This document shows, piece after piece, positions 1 through 11,583 of a stretch of 64,000 nucleotides of DNA. The stretch lies in assembly GCA_964016885.1 (NCBI GenBank), contig OZ024740.1, positions 284,456,001 to 284,520,000 on the forward strand, read 5' to 3'. The DNA comes from Eledone cirrhosa (Eukaryota). The number at the start of each line of letters is the position of its first letter. Position 1 is the first letter of the stretch. Under the pieces are notes generated by a model. The model made no database searches. It had not been told where the DNA came from and saw only the letters and a list, made by a program, of their open reading frames with translations. Position numbers and translations under genes: made by a program.

Positions 1-199
1 TTTCATCCTTAAAGAGTCAATAAAATAAAGCACCAGTAATGCACTGGGTTCGATTTAATCAGCTTTCCCCCTATCTTCAAATTGCTGGCCTAGTACCAAA
101 ACAGTTATTACCATTAGTACACAACCCATTATTTTCACAGGAGGAATAAGCGATATTAGATCTTTTATCCAAACTTTAACAAAGCTATATCATCTAGAT

Positions 200-1110
200 C
201 CTGAACACTATAGATCTTGATTGCAGTCTGACCTGGACACAATGCAACAATGGATCTCAAACTGGCAACTCAAGCTAGCTGTGGACAAGTGCACCACCAT
301 GCATTTTGGGAGTAAAAACCCAGCGTCCACATACTCCCTCCATAGCACTAATATCAAGAAGTCTTCTTGTGAACGTGACCTGGGCATTACGGTCAGCAGC
401 GATTTGCGTTGGACGAAGCATGTCTCTAAAATTGTCAAGAGGGTCGAGGGTGTCTTAGCATCACTCAGAATAACCTTTGTCAGCCGCTCTCCAGCTATCT
501 ATTTAAGGCTGTACATGGCTATGGTGCGGCCACACTTAGAATTTGCATCACCAGTCTGGAATCCCTATCTTCCTCAGAACATTGACCTCCTGGAAACTGT
601 TCAGAGACGTGCAACCAAGCGAATACCCTCCATCAGGCATCTACCATACTCTGAGCGCCTTGCTTCCCTGGGCATGGATACATTGAAGCTCCGACGCCTG
701 GCAACTGACTTGGTAAACACCCACAAAATTGTTAACCATCTTGCCAACAACAACCCTGAGTACCTTTTTGATTTCCATGTGTCTAACACACGTGGGCATG
801 CCCACAAAGTCAGAAAACAGCACAGTTCCCATGACTTTCGGAAACATTTTTCACGCTCAGAGTTGCTGAAGCATGGAACAAACTACCTGCATCAGTTGTT
901 AGCTGCCGAGACACTGCATCTTTTAAAACCTCCATGCTTCCCGAGATTCGCCAACACTACACCTAATGTTCCCCCTCCATACATATGCACACATGTATAT
1001 CATGGCTCATACACTATTCACTTCCCTGACATTTGTATATTATTCTATGCACCTTTGACGAGTTGTAGTGCACCTGAGCACTTTACACAATAATTTCATT
1101 ATTATTATTA
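200..1110 (+). mobile_element. CR1-clade LINE, 5'-truncated 3' end (RT C-terminal region, 3' UTR, (ATT)n tail)
   Basis: ORF 221-1093 has CR1-type motifs WQLKLAVDKC, ERDLGITV, LYxAMVRPHLEFASPVWNPY, LETVQRRATK, YSERLASLG; frameshift near 850; ends AATAATTTCATTATTATTA. The 3' UTR recurs at 49272 and 46172. Confidence 0.9.
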
Positions 1111-1169
1111 TCATCATCATCATCATCATCATCATTATCATCATCATCATTATCATCATCATCATTATC

Positions 1170-1460
1170 ATCATCATCATCATCCTCATCATTGTTTTAC
1201 GATGACTTTTCTAAGCTTGCATTGGTTAGACATATCTTTTCCAGCATAGCATCACTCCATTTGTTGTGCTCCTTCATCATCTCTTCTGCAAGCTTCAGCA
1301 ATTTGAGATCATCTCTCACAACTTCTACCCAGGTCTTCCTTGGTCTTCCTCTGCTACAGCTTCCTTCCCCTAGGAACTTCTGACACTTCTTCCCCAAATG
1401 ATCATCATTCATATGCATCACATGTCCATACCAGTGCAGTTTCCTCACATTTTGTGCCAC
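1170..1460 (-). mobile_element. RTE-clade LINE 3' fragment with (GAT)n tail
   Basis: Minus ORF LHWYGHVMHM...GRPRKTWVEVVRDDL is the RTE C-terminal signature; followed by a (CAT)n tract on the plus strand. Confidence 0.85.
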
Positions 1461-1702
1461 TGTATATTCATTTTCTAACCAATCAACCTTAAATTTCAGG
1501 ACATGGCAGATGTTTCTATTCTGTATACATACAGTTATATGTATATATATATATGCATGTATATATATGAGTATTTATGAAATCAATCAATGTTGTTAGT
1601 CTAATGACCTCATGCATCCAATTGATTACAGTTGTATATATACATATATATATATATACATATCTATATATATATATATCTATATCTATATATATATATA
1701 TC

Positions 1703-1735
<33 letters not shown>

Positions 1736-1903
1736 ATGTGTGTATGTGTGTGTGTGTGTTATATTTTCTAGGAGTGGTTGTGTGTGGCGGTGTGTGGCTG
1801 CACCACTGAGTGTGTGTGTGTGTGTGTATATATGTGTCTGCATGTTTTGTTACTTATATGAGGAAGGGTAAGAAAAACTGTGGTGTTTAATGCTGGTTTA
1901 ATC

Positions 1904-1942
<39 letters not shown>

Positions 1943-2037
1943 TTGTGTGAGGATAGATAAGGTTTTGTTTATGTATATCAAGAATGAATGTTCTTTTCTC
2001 ACCAAAGTCTATATTTTTCTTGGTGCAATACTTACCC

Positions 2038-2085
<48 letters not shown>

Positions 2086-2087
<2 letters not shown>

Positions 2088-2163
2088 GGGTGTCCCAAAA
2101 AATGTATACACACTTCAACAGCATTCTAATCAAAGTTTGTATATATTTTTCTGGGACACCCTG
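2086..2163. mobile_element. Tiny (78 bp) Tc1/mariner-type MITE
   Basis: TIRs CAGGGTGTCCCAAAAAA ... TTTTTCTGGGACACCCTG within (TA)n. Confidence 0.65.
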
Positions 2164-2221
2164 TATATATATATATATATATATACACGCTTGCTTAAAT
2201 ATATACATTCCTTCTTTTAAG

Positions 2222-2306
2222 ACGAAACTTGCGTATGAGGCAGCACATGCAATAGCCAAAACCACAGGTTCATTATTCTCAGTCGGGACACCTAGTGAGT
2301 TATTGA
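2222..2306 (+). CDS. Metallocarboxypeptidase (M14A, CPA/CPB-like), penultimate exon; earlier exons not found in the window
   Basis: Acceptor cttttaAG at 2220-2221; TKLAYEAAHAIAKTTGSLFSVGTPSELL; donor GTAAGT at 2307; phase 1 matches the next exon. Confidence 0.85.
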
Positions 2307-2664
2307 GTAAGTTGATTTTATATATATATGTGTGTGTGTGCAAATTTTTATATAATACAAGGTTTACAAACCAACAGTACACAAAGTTTAGCTTTAACTA
2401 ACCTTTAAACAAAGGTTAGTTAAAGCTAAACTTTCATTAGGCAACAAACATGGTTTCCTATGAGAAAAAGCATGTAGTTAGGCTTGACTAGTCTTGAAAA
2501 ATGTGCATTATTCATTTGCATGCCTTGGATATATAAAGACACATTATATATCTTAACACAAAGAGAGGTCAGTAGCTCTGCTTGAATATTAACATGGTCT
2601 GTAAAGACCTGTCCAACCCTTGCCAGAAAGAAAGATGGATGTTTAATGATGATGATAATGATGA

Positions 2665-2731
<67 letters not shown>

Positions 2732-2734
<3 letters not shown>

Positions 2735-3165
2735 AAAGTTATATTTAAATTGTTGGGTTAACAACGAGTAAATATTTATAACTGATATAAAAGCACTCAA
2801 CAAGTATTTGGAGTATATTTATGATATTAAATAAATGGAAACTATATTTATAAAACCATATTTATTTCATTATATATATTTCAGGGATATCATATTAACA
2901 ATATGTTATGCCTTCTTCAGACAAAATACAATATAAACAGTCTTATAAATAAATAGATACGACATACCTTTCAATCGACTTGCATTTGGGAAATCAACTT
3001 CCCAAATGCAAGTCGATTGAAAGGTATGTCGTATCTATTTATTTATAAGACTGTTTATATTGTATTTTGTCTGAAGAAGGCATAACATATTGTTAATATG
3101 ATATCCCTGAAATATATATAATGAAATAAATATGGTTTTATAAATATAGTTTCCATTTATTTAAT

Positions 3166-3171
<6 letters not shown>
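2732..3171. mobile_element. Palindromic hammerhead-bearing element, family A (PLE pLTR-like)
   Basis: Apparently perfect inverted arms 2820-2992 and 2999-3171 around a 6-nt loop ATCAAC, a one-sided tail 2732-2819, and (TA)n on both flanks. Confidence 0.85.
3065..3126 (+). ncRNA. Minimal type I hammerhead ribozyme (mirror copy on - at about 2865-2926)
   Basis: Stem I TTTTGT/ATGAAA, core CTGAAGA 3071-3077, stem II AGGCATAACATATT/AATATGATATCCCT, GAAA 3109-3112, palindromic TATATA stem III, UA cleavage site. Confidence 0.75.
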
Positions 3172-3215
<44 letters not shown>

Positions 3216-3242
3216 ATTTGTATATGTATGTATATATATAAT

Positions 3243-4085
3243 CATCATCACCATCACTGTTTAACGTCCATTTTTCCATGCTAGCATGAGTTATCCCATT
3301 TGAGATAAGTCAGATCAGGTGACAGTGTCTTGCTCATACAGGACTGATTTTGGCTTGGTTTCTATGGCTGGATGCCCTGCCTAACACCAACCACATTTAC
3401 AATGTAGGCTGGGTGTTTTTTGTTGTGACACCTACACAACCACTTTACAGTGTGGGCTGGGTGCTTTTTGTCATGGCACCAACATGATCACTTTACAGTG
3501 TGAGCTTGCTACTTTTCATCATGATACCAACACGACCACATTACAGTGTAGGCTGGGAACTGGGGCAGGAGCGTATATATATTACACCTCACCCAGGCGA
3601 TGACACAGGACCGCCACCTCTGGCACTATGCAGTACTACAGAAGACCCACCCTCCCATATGCTTGAGCTGAGGCATATATCTAATAGGCAACACCTCCCT
3701 CTACCATCTTCCCTCCCATCACCTCTCTTTGCTGCAACCATCCCTTCCCTATTACCAACGTCCTCAATTTCCGCAAGCTTCTCTCTCCCACCCTCCCTAG
3801 TTCCTATCCCACACCATGAAGTGCCTAGCCCTCACTGTATAGTGGTTATGTATGTGTCAAGACAAAAGTGCTCAGTCCACATGGTAATATGGTTGTGTAG
3901 GTGACACGACCAGAAGCACCCAGCACACGCTATAAATGTGGTTGGCATTAGGAAGGGCACCCAGCTGTAGAAACCAAGCCCAAATCAGTCCTATGTGAGC
4001 GAAACATGATTCTCTGACCTGATTCTCTCCCAGAGGGTCAGCCCGTCCGACCCATGCTAGTGTGGAAAATGGATGTTAAGCAATA

Positions 4086-4123
<38 letters not shown>

Positions 4124-4125
4124 AT
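3243..4125. mobile_element. Two RTE-tailed SINE copies in opposite orientation (3243-3560 on -, 3860-4125 on +) with internal tandem units
   Basis: Shared core GTTGGYRTTAGGAAGGGCATCCAGC, tail CCCATGCTAG..GGAAAATGGA.GTTAA(GAT)n, and about 46-bp repeated units. Confidence 0.75.
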
Positions 4126-4222
4126 ATATATATATATTTATCATCATTATCATCATTATCATCATCTTCTTCTTCACCATTCAATGTCTATTTGTTGTTC
4201 TTCTATCTTCTTCAATAACCAG

Positions 4223-4404
4223 GTGTAGCAAGTGGTGAAGTGAATGACTGGGTAAAACTGAAACTTCATGTGAAATACAGTTATGATATTGAGCTCCGTC
4301 CTCAGCGTTACACCAAGAATGGATACATCTTGGGCCCAGAGAACATCAAACCAAGCGCCATTGAACTCTTCACTGCCTTGAAGACTTTTGCTAAGGGTTT
4401 CTAA
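4223..4404 (+). CDS. Metallocarboxypeptidase (M14A), last exon
   Basis: Acceptor ccAG at 4221-4222; (S)VASGEVNDWVKLKLHVKYSYDIELRPQRYTKNGYILGPENIKPSAIELFTALKTFAKGF*, aligning to CPA YQASGGSIDW...KYSFTFELR...GFLLP. Not in the ORF track. Confidence 0.92.
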
Positions 4405-4429
4405 AAACTCCCTTTAATGTGATGTGTTG

Positions 4430-4483
<54 letters not shown>

Positions 4484-4507
4484 CATATATATATATATAT
4501 ATTAATT

Positions 4508-4513
4508 AATAAA
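4508..4513 (+). promoter_or_regulatory. Candidate polyadenylation signal of the carboxypeptidase
   Basis: First AATAAA, about 100 nt after the stop codon. Confidence 0.5.
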
Positions 4514-4783
4514 GAATAACCAAAATTTAAATTCCTGCATTTTTTACCTTCCATAACCTTAATGAAAAACCTTGTTTACACTTTCGATACTTCAATCATG
4601 ATGGCGCACACACACAGTTGGTAAACGATGACCAGAAGTGTACTAACTGGATTTACCTCTGCACTGTCATTCGTTAATCTGGTTATTGAAAAAAAATCAC
4701 ACCTAAGCTTTAAATATCTGAATGTCTTTTACTGTTGTATCATCAACTTATATAATTTACCTTATACATATATATATATATAT

Positions 4784-5044
4784 AAATGAAGTAATTCCAT
4801 CGGAAAAGTCCAGGAAAAAAGAGTGCTCTATGTAGGTAACAGAGCTTAATAGTTATGTAATAAACAACATAAGGCAATTATTCCATTTACCAGTGGTTTC
4901 TTAAAAGCAAAAAATTTGCTTTCAATCATCAGAATGAAAAAATCCTGGTGTATTTTTTTTTTTCATTCTGATGATTGAAAGCAAATTTTTTGCTTTTAAG
5001 AAACCACTGGTAAATGGAATAATTGCCTTATGTTGTTTATTACA

Positions 5045-5051
<7 letters not shown>
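4784..5051. mobile_element. Palindromic hammerhead-bearing element, family B, copy 1
   Basis: Inverted arms about 4850-4942 and 4958-5050, left tail AAGTAATTCC...GAGTGCTCTATGTAGG, (TA)n flanks; homologous to 24380-24650 and 55173-55804. Confidence 0.85.
4961..5019 (+). ncRNA. Type I hammerhead ribozyme (mirror copy on - in the left arm)
   Basis: TTTCATT-CTGATGA(4968-4974)-TTGAAAGCAA/TTGCTTTTAA-GAAA(5000-5003)-CC(ACT)GG-TA-AATGGAA; all core nucleotides and three stems present. Confidence 0.8.
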
Positions 5052-5090
<39 letters not shown>

Positions 5091-5092
<2 letters not shown>

Positions 5093-5663
5093 GTGGAAAG
5101 AGATAGAAGGCTAAACAATACAAAATGGACTGTAAGATGAGGTAACACCAACAAACATATTACTGTCAATATTAAAGCTAGAGATAGAAATGTGGGCAAT
5201 TTAAGAATTAAGGAAGACTTGCTCATCCGTTGACTCAACCCACAAATAAATAATAGATTAGAACTCAGCACACAATACTTAACATAAAAAGACACACCTA
5301 CACGCACACAAACTAAACATCTCATACAAAAAGAAAATTTATTTCGTGAAATACTACATTGGCAATTGTGAATAGCGAAATAACCATTAAAAAAATGCTT
5401 GAAAACAATTTAAGAAATTTAAATCAAAATTTAATCCCAAAGAGAAGAACCTAAAACATTTCTCACTGAAAGTTCCTTAAATTCTGACAAAGGGAATTTT
5501 AGGTCCCGCAATATTAGGACAGCAACAACAAAAAACAAAACAAATATTACCAGGTAACTTACTTTTTCGTTACCTCATCTTACAGTCCATTTTGCATTGT
5601 TTAGCTGTCTATCTCTTTCCACATTATATATCATATACAATGCCTCAAGCAAACTACAACTTT
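5091..5663 (+). mobile_element. 5'-truncated Penelope-like element with inverted partial pLTR
   Basis: 5091-5146 is the reverse complement of about 5568-5623. 5165-5267 encodes VNIKARDRNVGNLRIKEDLLIR*LNPQINNRLEL (GIY-YIG C-terminus). Degenerate hammerhead-like motif at about 5483-5520; (TA)n flanks. Confidence 0.7.
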
Positions 5664-6310
5664 ATATATATATATATATCACACACCGGTAACTATATAT
5701 ATATATATATATATATATAGTTACCGGTGTGTGATTTTGTTTTACAATAGATAACCCCTTGATATGGAAACATAGAGGTGATTTGTATATTTTATACATG
5801 GTGTTAGTAATACTCTAAAAAACAAGCAGTCTCAAAGACATTATTGGCAAAATCATGTATTCTCCATTATATAAATTTGTACGTGCATCTTGTCATATCT
5901 AATCAATTGTTTTGAATCTGGAACAGTGGTTACTTTCAGATTATAGTTTTCAAAATTGCCTGTCTCATCTAGGGGAGATTACTCCGTGCTGTTAGAGGAG
6001 TGAGTTATGTCCCTTCTCAAAACAGATCAAAACAGCCAGGAAATGCGAGCTCTGCTGTGCAGAGAGGTGGCTCATTTTGAAGAATTCATCAAATTTCTGC
6101 CTGAACACCAGAAGTGAAACATTCAAAGCCAGCCAGCATAGCTCGAAATTCGTGCTGGTCACCGGAAAAATAGAGGGCTACACGAAGCTAAGATCACCCT
6201 ACCTCTTATGCACATGGTTACTGTACCAACTACTAAGATTGTCATAGCTGCATTACACTTCCTATGAGGGCACCCAGGCAGTCATAAAGATAGATTAAAC
6301 ATTATAAAAG

Positions 6311-6499
6311 GGCGGTGGATTGGCAGTATCGGTAGAGGGTCGGACGCCATGCTTTCCAGCATAGTTACGTCCCTTTACGATCTGAGTTTAAATCTTGCCG
6401 AGGTTGACTTTGCCTTTCATCCTTACGGGGTTTATAAAATAAAGTACCAGTAATGCACTGGGTAATTGCTGGCCTTGTGCCTAAAGTAGAAACAATTAT
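6311..6499 (+). mobile_element. tRNA-derived SINE family 1 (about 190 bp), full-length copy; about 20 copies or fragments in the window
   Basis: A box TGGCAGTATCGG, B box GAGTTYAAATC, 3' end GTGCCTAAAGTAGAAACAATTAT. Other copies near 1-110, 18050-18190, 18660-18810, 21301-21490, 21945-22112, 22185-22395, 23458-23650, 30700-31600 (cluster), 33777-33895, 39312-39504, 45772-46158 (tandem pair), 47820-48195, 58680-58830. Confidence 0.88.
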
Positions 6500-7529
6500 A
6501 TTAGGTATTGGAACTCTTTACATACATTCAATGCAGCCTATGAAAAATCTATGAAAAATCCTTCAACCCACTACCCCTACTCCATCCTCCCACTACCACC
6601 CATACCACCCTTTCTCTGTAAAGTTATACTGGTACATCCAGTCCACATTGTAAAGTGGTCGTGTAGGTGTCATGATAAAAAGCACCGAGTCCACGCTGTA
6701 AAGTGGTCATGTAGGAGACATGGTAAAAAGGCTCCCAGTCCACACTGTAAATGTAGTTGGTGTTAGGAAGGGTATCCAGCCATAGAAAATCTGCCAGATT
6801 CATACGAGCGAGACATGGTCACCCAACCAATCTTGCCTCAAGTGGGACAATTCCATCTAACTCATGGACGTTAAAAGATGATGATGATTACTCTTATATT
6901 TTCACAGAAAAGGCTTTATCGCACATAATTATTTCACATAATATCAAAATCTATGAAATTTTGATATTATTTATTTTGAGAACAATACCATAACATAAGT
7001 ATGAGCAGCTGGTTATGGCCAGTTTGAACAGAAAGGAGTAAGCGAATCCTGGCTGGATACAGCCGGTTGGAGTGCTAAAGGGTTAAATGCCTGAAAAAAA
7101 AATATTGTTGCTTTTACAACTAATCACTTAGGACAAGTCATCATTCCTCATCCCAATAGGATAAAGAAAGCTCTTCAGTTTAGTTAATGATGACAGCCTC
7201 CCTAGTGCTGGTGCCACGAAAAATGCACCCAGTACACTCTCTAAAGTGGTTGGTGATGATAGGTGCTTCCAGCTATAGAAGACCTGCCAAGGACTCTTCA
7301 CTTGTATCTAATATATTACAACCTCCCTTGTGATAGTTCCACTATAAAATAAACCCAGTCCACTCTGTAGAGTAAGGGAATGTAATGAGCTGTACCCCCC
7401 CCCCCCCCCCCCCATCCTGGCCCACCTGTGATGTCAATGACTCCAATTAAGCAATGACTTGGTCTGTAATAACCCACCCTTGCTAGCTGGGAAAACAGGA
7501 TGGTGAATGATGATGACGATGTATATACA

Positions 7530-8070
7530 CAAGTGTGTGAGTATGTGCTGGTGTGTGTGTGTGTGGCTGTGTGTGTGTGTATGTGTCTGTGTATGTGTGT
7601 CTGTGTGTGTATATGTGTCTGTGTATGTGTGTGCATGTGTCTGTGTATGTGTGTGCATGTGTGTGTGCATGTGTGTGTGCATGTGTGTGCATGTGTGAGT
7701 GTGCACATGCATGTGAGTGTGCACATGCATGTGTGTGTGTGTGAGCATGAGCTGGTGCATGTGTATGTGTGTCTGTGTATGTGTGTGTGTGTATGTGTGT
7801 GTGTGTGTGTATGTTTCTGTGTATGTGTGTCTGTGTGTGTATATGTGTCTGTGTATGTGTGTGCATGTGTGGGTGTGTGTGCGTGCGTGTGTGCTTATGT
7901 GTGTGCATGTGTGAGTGTGCACATGCATGTGTGTGTGTGTGAGCATGTGCTGGTGCATGTGTATGTGTGTCTGTGAATGTGTGTCTGTGTGTGTCTGTGT
8001 GTGTGTGTGTATGTGTCTGTGTGTGAGTGTGTGCATGTGTGAGTATGCACATACATGTGTGTGTGTGTGG
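7530..8070. repeat. Complex (TG)-rich microsatellite with internal block duplications
   Basis: TGTGTGCA/TGTGTCTG/TGTGTA units; the block at about 7670-7780 recurs at about 7895-7975. Confidence 0.9.
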
Positions 8071-8095
8071 TGGGTAGCATGTGTAAATATGTGTG

Positions 8096-8236
8096 TGATA
8101 TTTGTTACCTATAGGAACAGTTTACTTTGAAGTTTTGCTGAAACTACTAGCTTTCAAAACAGCCTGTTTTTGAGAAGCTGATAGTTTCACTAAAACTTCA
8201 AAGTGAACTGTCTCTATCAAATATCAAATATTACAT
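8096..8236. repeat. Degenerate inverted repeat (about 65-bp arms)
   Basis: ACAGTTTACTTTGAAGTTTTGCTGAAACTA...AAAACA / TGTTTTT...TAGTTTCACTAAAACTTCAAAGTGAACTGT. Confidence 0.7.
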
Positions 8237-8759
8237 TGACTCTATAAAGCGTATAGTAATCCTTCATTTAAAGCATGTTTGGTGTGTTTATTACACAAAA
8301 CAACCCTTTATATAACAGAAACATGCCATCTTGATAAGCTGTGCCTACTCAGACTAAAACTATAAGTATTAATTATTTAATACTAAAACTAAAGAATTCA
8401 TAATAATTGTTTCTACTTTTGGCACAAGGCCAGCAATTACCCAGTGCAATAATATACAGCAAATGGCTATTTACTATTTTGAAGTTAGGTAGGCATCATT
8501 TCTACTGCCTTTTAAGTCCAATGTATATACTAACATATACAACTATTAATCCCATGTGCCTTAAATGAAGCTCTTCAATGAAATTAATATAGCAGCATAA
8601 ATGTAGAAATGAAACTGCTTTTACTCAGTCTCATTTTAGTGGGAGATGTGTGTTTGTGTTTGTCACTAATGGTTTTAACTCATTTTAAGGAACATACATA
8701 TATATACATGCATGCTACACACAAACACATACACATACACATGCATGCACATACTACAC

Positions 8760-8821
<62 letters not shown>

Positions 8822-8849
8822 TACACAGACACACATATATATATATATA

Positions 8850-9034
8850 TGAAAAGATTGGTGAGCTCCAGCCAGTTCGACAGCTAGATCCAAACTGTTT
8901 GGATCTAGCTGTTGAAATGGCCGGAGCTCAGCCATTGGGGTCGTGAATCTTTTCATATTACCCACTCTACTACCCCAAGTATCGAGTACTCTGGTGGGTT
9001 ATGGTCCACCTGGTATTTTACCATACCCTATCTG
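8850..9034. mobile_element. Palindromic element, family C, copy 1 (tail on the right)
   Basis: Hairpin GAGCTCCAGCCAGTTCGACAGCTAGATCCAAAC-T-GTTTGGATCTAGCTGTTGAAATGGCCGGAGCTC; the tail resembles the reverse complement of 40902-40985; (TA)n flanks. Confidence 0.75.
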
Positions 9035-9050
9035 ATATATATATACATAT

Positions 9051-9400
9051 GGAGGCACATGGCTTAGTGGTTAGAGCAATGGCTTTGCAATCGAAAGGTT
9101 GTGAGTTCAATTCTCAGACCGGGTGATGTGTTGTTTCCTTGAGCAAGACACTTTATTTCACATTGCTCCAGTTTACTCAGCTGTAGAAATGAGATGATAG
9201 GGACTGGGATCCATATCATTCCACTGCAAAGTGGTCGTGGAGGTACCACGGCAAAAAAGCACCGAGCACTCACTGTAAATGAGGTTGGTGTTAGGAAGGG
9301 CATCCAGCTGTAGAAATCAAGCCAGAATCAGTTCCCGTCCCACCCTTGCAAGCAGGGAAAAAGCGGACGTAAAATGAAATGATGATGAAATGAATGATGA
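9051..9400 (+). mobile_element. tRNA-derived SINE family 2, full-length (tRNA head, central core, RTE-derived tail)
   Basis: A box TGGCTTAGTGG, B box GAGTTCAATTC, core TTGAGCAAGACACTT, tail CCCACCCTTGCAAGCAGGGAAAAAGCGGACGTAAAATGA(TGA)n. Near-identical copies at 43631-43970 (+) and 61170-61456 (-). Confidence 0.88.
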
Positions 9401-9424
9401 TACATACATACAACACCTCAACCA

Positions 9425-10530
9425 TCTACCTCCTCCCCCAAACCCACAAACCAGATATCCCTGGCCGCTCCATAGCTTGCAACTGCCCCACCGAACACAT
9501 CTCTGCCTATCTTGACTCCATCCTTGCACCCCTAGTAGCTGCTCTCCTATCCCACTTATCTGGCACCAACCATGCCCTCCACCCCTTCGACTCCTTCATC
9601 TTTCCACCTGGCCCACCCCCACTCTCACCTCTTTCTGTTCAAACTGGCCTTGACCAGCCCCTCATACTTATGTTAAGGTGTTGTTCTCAAAATAAATAAT
9701 ACTAGAGTCTCATAGATTCAATCTTATGTGAGATATTATGTAAGATAAAGCTGTTACTGTGAAAATACAATAGTAAATATAGGGTAATGTAAATGCCAAT
9801 GGTTTAAGGCTCAAGTCGATTACGTGGCTAGACTCTTCACTCAGTGAGGTTATGCCCCCTCCTTGGTCCAAAGTGCCTTCACCCACACCCATGAAGTTGA
9901 CCACACCACTGCCCTCACTCCATGCCCTCATCCCTTAACCAACCGACACCCATTCCCCCTTACCCACCACCCTTCCACCTTGTCCTTCCAGAGGATGATC
10001 CTCCAGCTGGGCGCCTCCACCTCCACCATCTTTCCCCTCCTCTCCTTCAAATGCACACGCAACCTCCAAAATCTCCTCATCCGCAGCTCCCTTCCTACCC
10101 CAATTCTGCCACACTTGCAATTTCATCACCAACACCACCACAGTCAGTGGGCCTAATTGCCAATCCTTCTGAGTCAGGGACTCCCTCTGCTACACCTCCC
10201 CCACTCTTATCTACCAGCTCCATTGCACACTATGTGAGACTGTCTACAACTTGCCCTACAGGCATATTTTCTATTAATTATACTTCTTTTTAGCTTCTGA
10301 AGAGGTAATGCTATATTAAACGATTTAAGAATTTGATTCCATTTCTTTCTTTGTTTAGATATGCTCTGTGTTTACGTCCATCTTTCTGTCTCTTTTTCCT
10401 TAAAAGTATCTCTCATTTCTTCCAACCATTACTACATAAACACATTTAGCTTCATGTAAAACCATCTGGTAATTATATACACTCTTATATAGCGCTCTAC
10501 ATACAAATAGAGTTATATGTTTTTACACTT
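9425..10530 (+). mobile_element. Degenerate C-rich Penelope-like element, interrupted by a MITE fragment at about 9640-9806
   Basis: IYLLPQTHKPDIPGRSIACNCPTEHISAYLDSILAPLV (PLE RT N-terminal motif) and PLTHHPS...NLQNLLIRSSLP (linker); CTGAAGA at about 10297. Confidence 0.75.
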
Positions 10531-10548
10531 GCTATATATATATATATA

Positions 10549-11420
10549 TTGTTATACTTTGGGAGGGTCATGATGCCAATAAAAACACACGCACCTGTTG
10601 GTTTTCACTTCAATTTATTATAAATTTCTGGTTGATCGGTTGGTTGATTCGATAACCGGAAGGTTGTTTATATATTGTCAAAGCTTTCATCACATATTCT
10701 GTGACCTCCTCTCCTCGGTGACTAGGTTTCTATTATGTGTTTCTCCTTTGTTCTGTCCTACACCAACTTGTTTTTGTGTGTTGTGTGTTTTGTGCTTAGT
10801 TTGCACATGCATTACATCTGGGTGTGTATGCGTGTGTGTTTTTATTTATTTATGTGTTTATTTACTTGTCACTGGTTGGTTGTTTGTTCTATCTGTGTGT
10901 GTCTGATTTGTTTTGTTAGTTTGGTTTTTGTGTGTGTCTGTATGTCTTCATTTTGTCCTTAATTACTAGTTGTGATGTTGCTATTCCACTCATGTCTTCT
11001 GTTTAATTTTGGTTGGAGATCTTTTATATTTGTTGCCTCTGTGATTTGTCTGAGCATTGCATCTTTTCTGTGTGCGGATATAATTTTTTTCTCTATGTTC
11101 TTTAATGTGCCCCTATGCTCTATTTTGGTATGTTGGTGGAGTACTGATGAGTTTTTGCCATCCTGGAGTTCTCGCCAGCGTTCATTTATCCTTTCTCCTA
11201 TGCTATGGGTTGTTTCACCTATGTATGTTATGTTCTTATTTCTACATTGACCCTCAGTACATCTTATGCTATATACTACATTCCTAGTTTTGCATTTAGT
11301 TTGTGGGCTTAGCTTGCAGACTATGCATTTCTTATCAGTGCAGGGGTGCAAGGGGTTCTTTGAAATGGGTATGTTTTACTAATTAGGGTTTTTATGGGAA
11401 TACCTGGTCTTCCAACTATT
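10549..11420 (-). mobile_element. Penelope-like element 3' part: GIY-YIG endonuclease and pLTR
   Basis: ORF 10959-11351: CxxxxCxxC linker, NVVYSIRC...TYIGET...RINE, RQITEATNIKDLQPKLNRRHE. 10549-10725 is the reverse-complement homolog of 21631-21840. Confidence 0.88.
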
Positions 11421-11583
11421 AGGTGTACTGAGGGACAGTGTAGGAAGCTTGGTAACATGTAATCCAATACAACCTGTGCATGGTTGGGTCATCAGTGATT
11501 AAACATACATACATAAATATATTAGCATAGTACCCATCAAAAATGTGTATATTAAAAAGCTATTTGATTTAATAATTCCTTAA

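Noticed and set aside
1577-2803. Many YIYI/CVCV-rich ORFs (also at 7316-8130, 19473-19944, 25124-25510 and others)
   Set aside because: These are translations of (TA)n and (TG)n microsatellites; only 2222-2306 is a real exon.
9051-9122. tRNA-like sequence (also at 43631 and 6311)
   Set aside because: A/B boxes belong to SINE heads; there is no proper acceptor stem and the sequence continues into SINE body.
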